From NCBI GenBank assembly GCA_965238275.1, contig OZ250186.1, positions 2,112,001 through 2,176,000 on the forward strand: 64,000 nt of DNA. Direction: 5' to 3'. Source of the stretch: Nitrosopumilus sp. Its GTDB lineage: Archaea > Thermoproteota > Nitrososphaeria > Nitrososphaerales > Nitrosopumilaceae. The translations under genes and the position numbers were made by a program. A model generated the notes under the pieces. That model was not told the origin of the DNA and did not search any database. It saw only the letters and a program-made list of their open reading frames with translations. Position 1 is the first letter of the stretch. Every line of letters starts with the position of its first letter. Positions 62,683 through 64,000 of this stretch are shown here, in pieces.

Positions 62683-63075
62683 CTACCGCCTGGAACTATC
62701 AGAAGGCGGCGCACCCGGGGGGCCGCCACCGCTCTTCATCATCTGGGTAATGTGTGCCTCCTGTTCCTTGAGGGTCTCCTTGAGGCGCGTCTCCTGCTTT
62801 TCAAGCACGGTCATGCGCGTCTTTGCCATGACCTGCCTCTCCTCTAGATCATCGATTAGATCCTTCCTCGTTGATCGTATCATGACAGTTCCCACGTGTT
62901 TAAAGACGGCATCGTCATCGCCTGCCCTTTGCAGCTCCTCTAGCGCCTTTGTCGTTTCAGCCCTTTCCATCTCAAGGTGTTGTCTCTGGGTCATGACCGA
63001 CTGCAGGTTCTGCTGGGACTGCTGCATCTTGGTTATCTGTTCCTGAAGCCACGGCGGCATCTGTCTTGATGACAT
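62683..63075 (-). CDS. pfdB: Prefoldin beta subunit
   Basis: Coiled-coil hairpin with VFKHVGTVMI. Confidence 0.9.
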   Translation of the reverse strand: MSSRQMPPWLQEQITKMQQSQQNLQSVMTQRQHLEMERAETTKALEELQRAGDDDAVFKHVGTVMIRSTRKDLIDDLEERQVMAKTRMTVLEKQETRLKETLKEQEAHITQMMKSGGGPPGAPPSDSSRR

Positions 63076-63098
63076 GGCTACCCTGAAACTTTGTTTCG

Positions 63099-63341
63099 TT
63101 ATATCTTTACCGATTCTATCGAGTCATGGCAGGCCCGGATGAGGCGCAGCGTGGAGTTGAGGTTTGCCCTCAGGTGTGCAAGATTCTCGGACTCTACGCG
63201 GATAAGGATTGCATCATCATCATCATCATCACCCATCTGGATGCTGGTTTTGACAGTGTTGTCAATCCCAATGGAGTCAAAAATGGCTTTTGTCTTGTCC
63301 CCTGCATCGACGGTAATTCTTGCGCTAAAGCTTGATGTCAT
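63099..63341 (-). CDS. pcc1: KEOPS subunit Pcc1
   Basis: LRANLNSTLRLI; exosome superoperon context. Confidence 0.8.
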   Translation of the reverse strand: MTSSFSARITVDAGDKTKAIFDSIGIDNTVKTSIQMGDDDDDDAILIRVESENLAHLRANLNSTLRLIRACHDSIESVKI

Positions 63342-63537
63342 ATGCGGTTCCGGCTATCTTGAGGTTGCATTTTTTGCAGGACCATATCCCCACGGCATCC
63401 CGGCCAAACGTCTTGGAACCGCATTCAGGGCAGGTTCTCTTCTCTTTTAGCTGGAGATGGATCTTTGTGTACTGTTTTCTCAACTTGATGCCATACCTTG
63501 CACCAAGGCCCTTGAGTGATTTCTTTGCCTTTGCCAT
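63325..63537 (-). CDS. rpl37ae: 50S ribosomal protein L37ae
   Basis: GARYGIKLRK, CPECG, GIWSCKKC. Confidence 0.92.
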   Translation of the reverse strand: MAKAKKSLKGLGARYGIKLRKQYTKIHLQLKEKRTCPECGSKTFGRDAVGIWSCKKCNLKIAGTAYDIKL

Positions 63538-63538
63538 T

Positions 63539-64000
63539 TCAGGCCCCCTGTGCGGATTCCTTGATCTGCTCGCGTATCTTTGCCCCAATCCGGACAGATA
63601 TCTCTCCGCATCGGACTACCTCGTCCTGGGTGAATCCGTCGGCTCCGCCCTTTTGGAGTGCACAGATGTTTCCGTCAGAGTTGCTGGCAATGGTTATCCT
63701 GGCATCCATGCAGCTCCACTCGTCTGCGTTTGGATCGACTATGATGTGACTTCCAATCTTGCCCATGGTTACAGAGACAGGTATGGTCGTGACAGGCACA
63801 GGCAACTCCTCGCCCTCTACCAGCGTGGGGATGTCATTTACCATGCTCCACGTGGGCATTTTGGATGTGAGCAGGGCCGCAGTGGCAGCATAAGAGCATG
63901 CATCAAACAGGTTTCCGTCATAGTCTACTACCACGTTGTCTGCAAAGACGCCCACTACGGACTTGTTGGCCTCAATTACCAGCTGGGAGACGTCCACCAT
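63539..64000 (-). CDS. rrp42: Exosome subunit Rrp42, C-terminal part
   Basis: DYDGNLFDA, IVDP..DE, ALQKGG. Confidence 0.9.
   Translation of the reverse strand: MVDVSQLVIEANKSVVGVFADNVVVDYDGNLFDACSYAATAALLTSKMPTWSMVNDIPTLVEGEELPVPVTTIPVSVTMGKIGSHIIVDPNADEWSCMDARITIASNSDGNICALQKGGADGFTQDEVVRCGEISVRIGAKIREQIKESAQGA

Noticed and set aside
63213-63231. (GAT)n poly-Asp tract in Pcc1 as a phase-variation switch
   Set aside because: It is an in-frame triplet repeat in a probable loop, with no effect on the frame.

Overview
This window comes from an ammonia-oxidising archaeon (Nitrososphaerota, Nitrosopumilaceae-type gene set: sufB, hemL-C-cobA-hemD, pstSCAB-phoU, endA, rpl10e, Rrp42-rpl37ae-Pcc1-pfdB). 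It has a very heavy IS load and many broken genes, which suggests a host-associated or bottlenecked lineage (inference). I delimited 13 mobile-element units by their inverted repeats and target duplications. The main finding is three copies of a ~1.5 kb element that encodes only a catalytically intact TnpB. It is bounded by 25-bp terminal inverted repeats and 2-bp (TA/TG) duplications, and its ends resemble those of the autonomous IS630 in the same window. It looks like an IS630/Tc1-mariner-mobilised TnpB, a prokaryotic parallel of mariner-borne Fanzor. An IS110/IS1111 element sits inside the TIR of one copy at a duplicated CT core. Other points of note are an IS-inactivated tandem dTMP-kinase (putative heteromeric polyphosphate kinase) locus beside ppx/sixA, a four-family nested IS stack, and an unannotated metallothionein-like ORF. 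All alignments and coordinates were done by eye.
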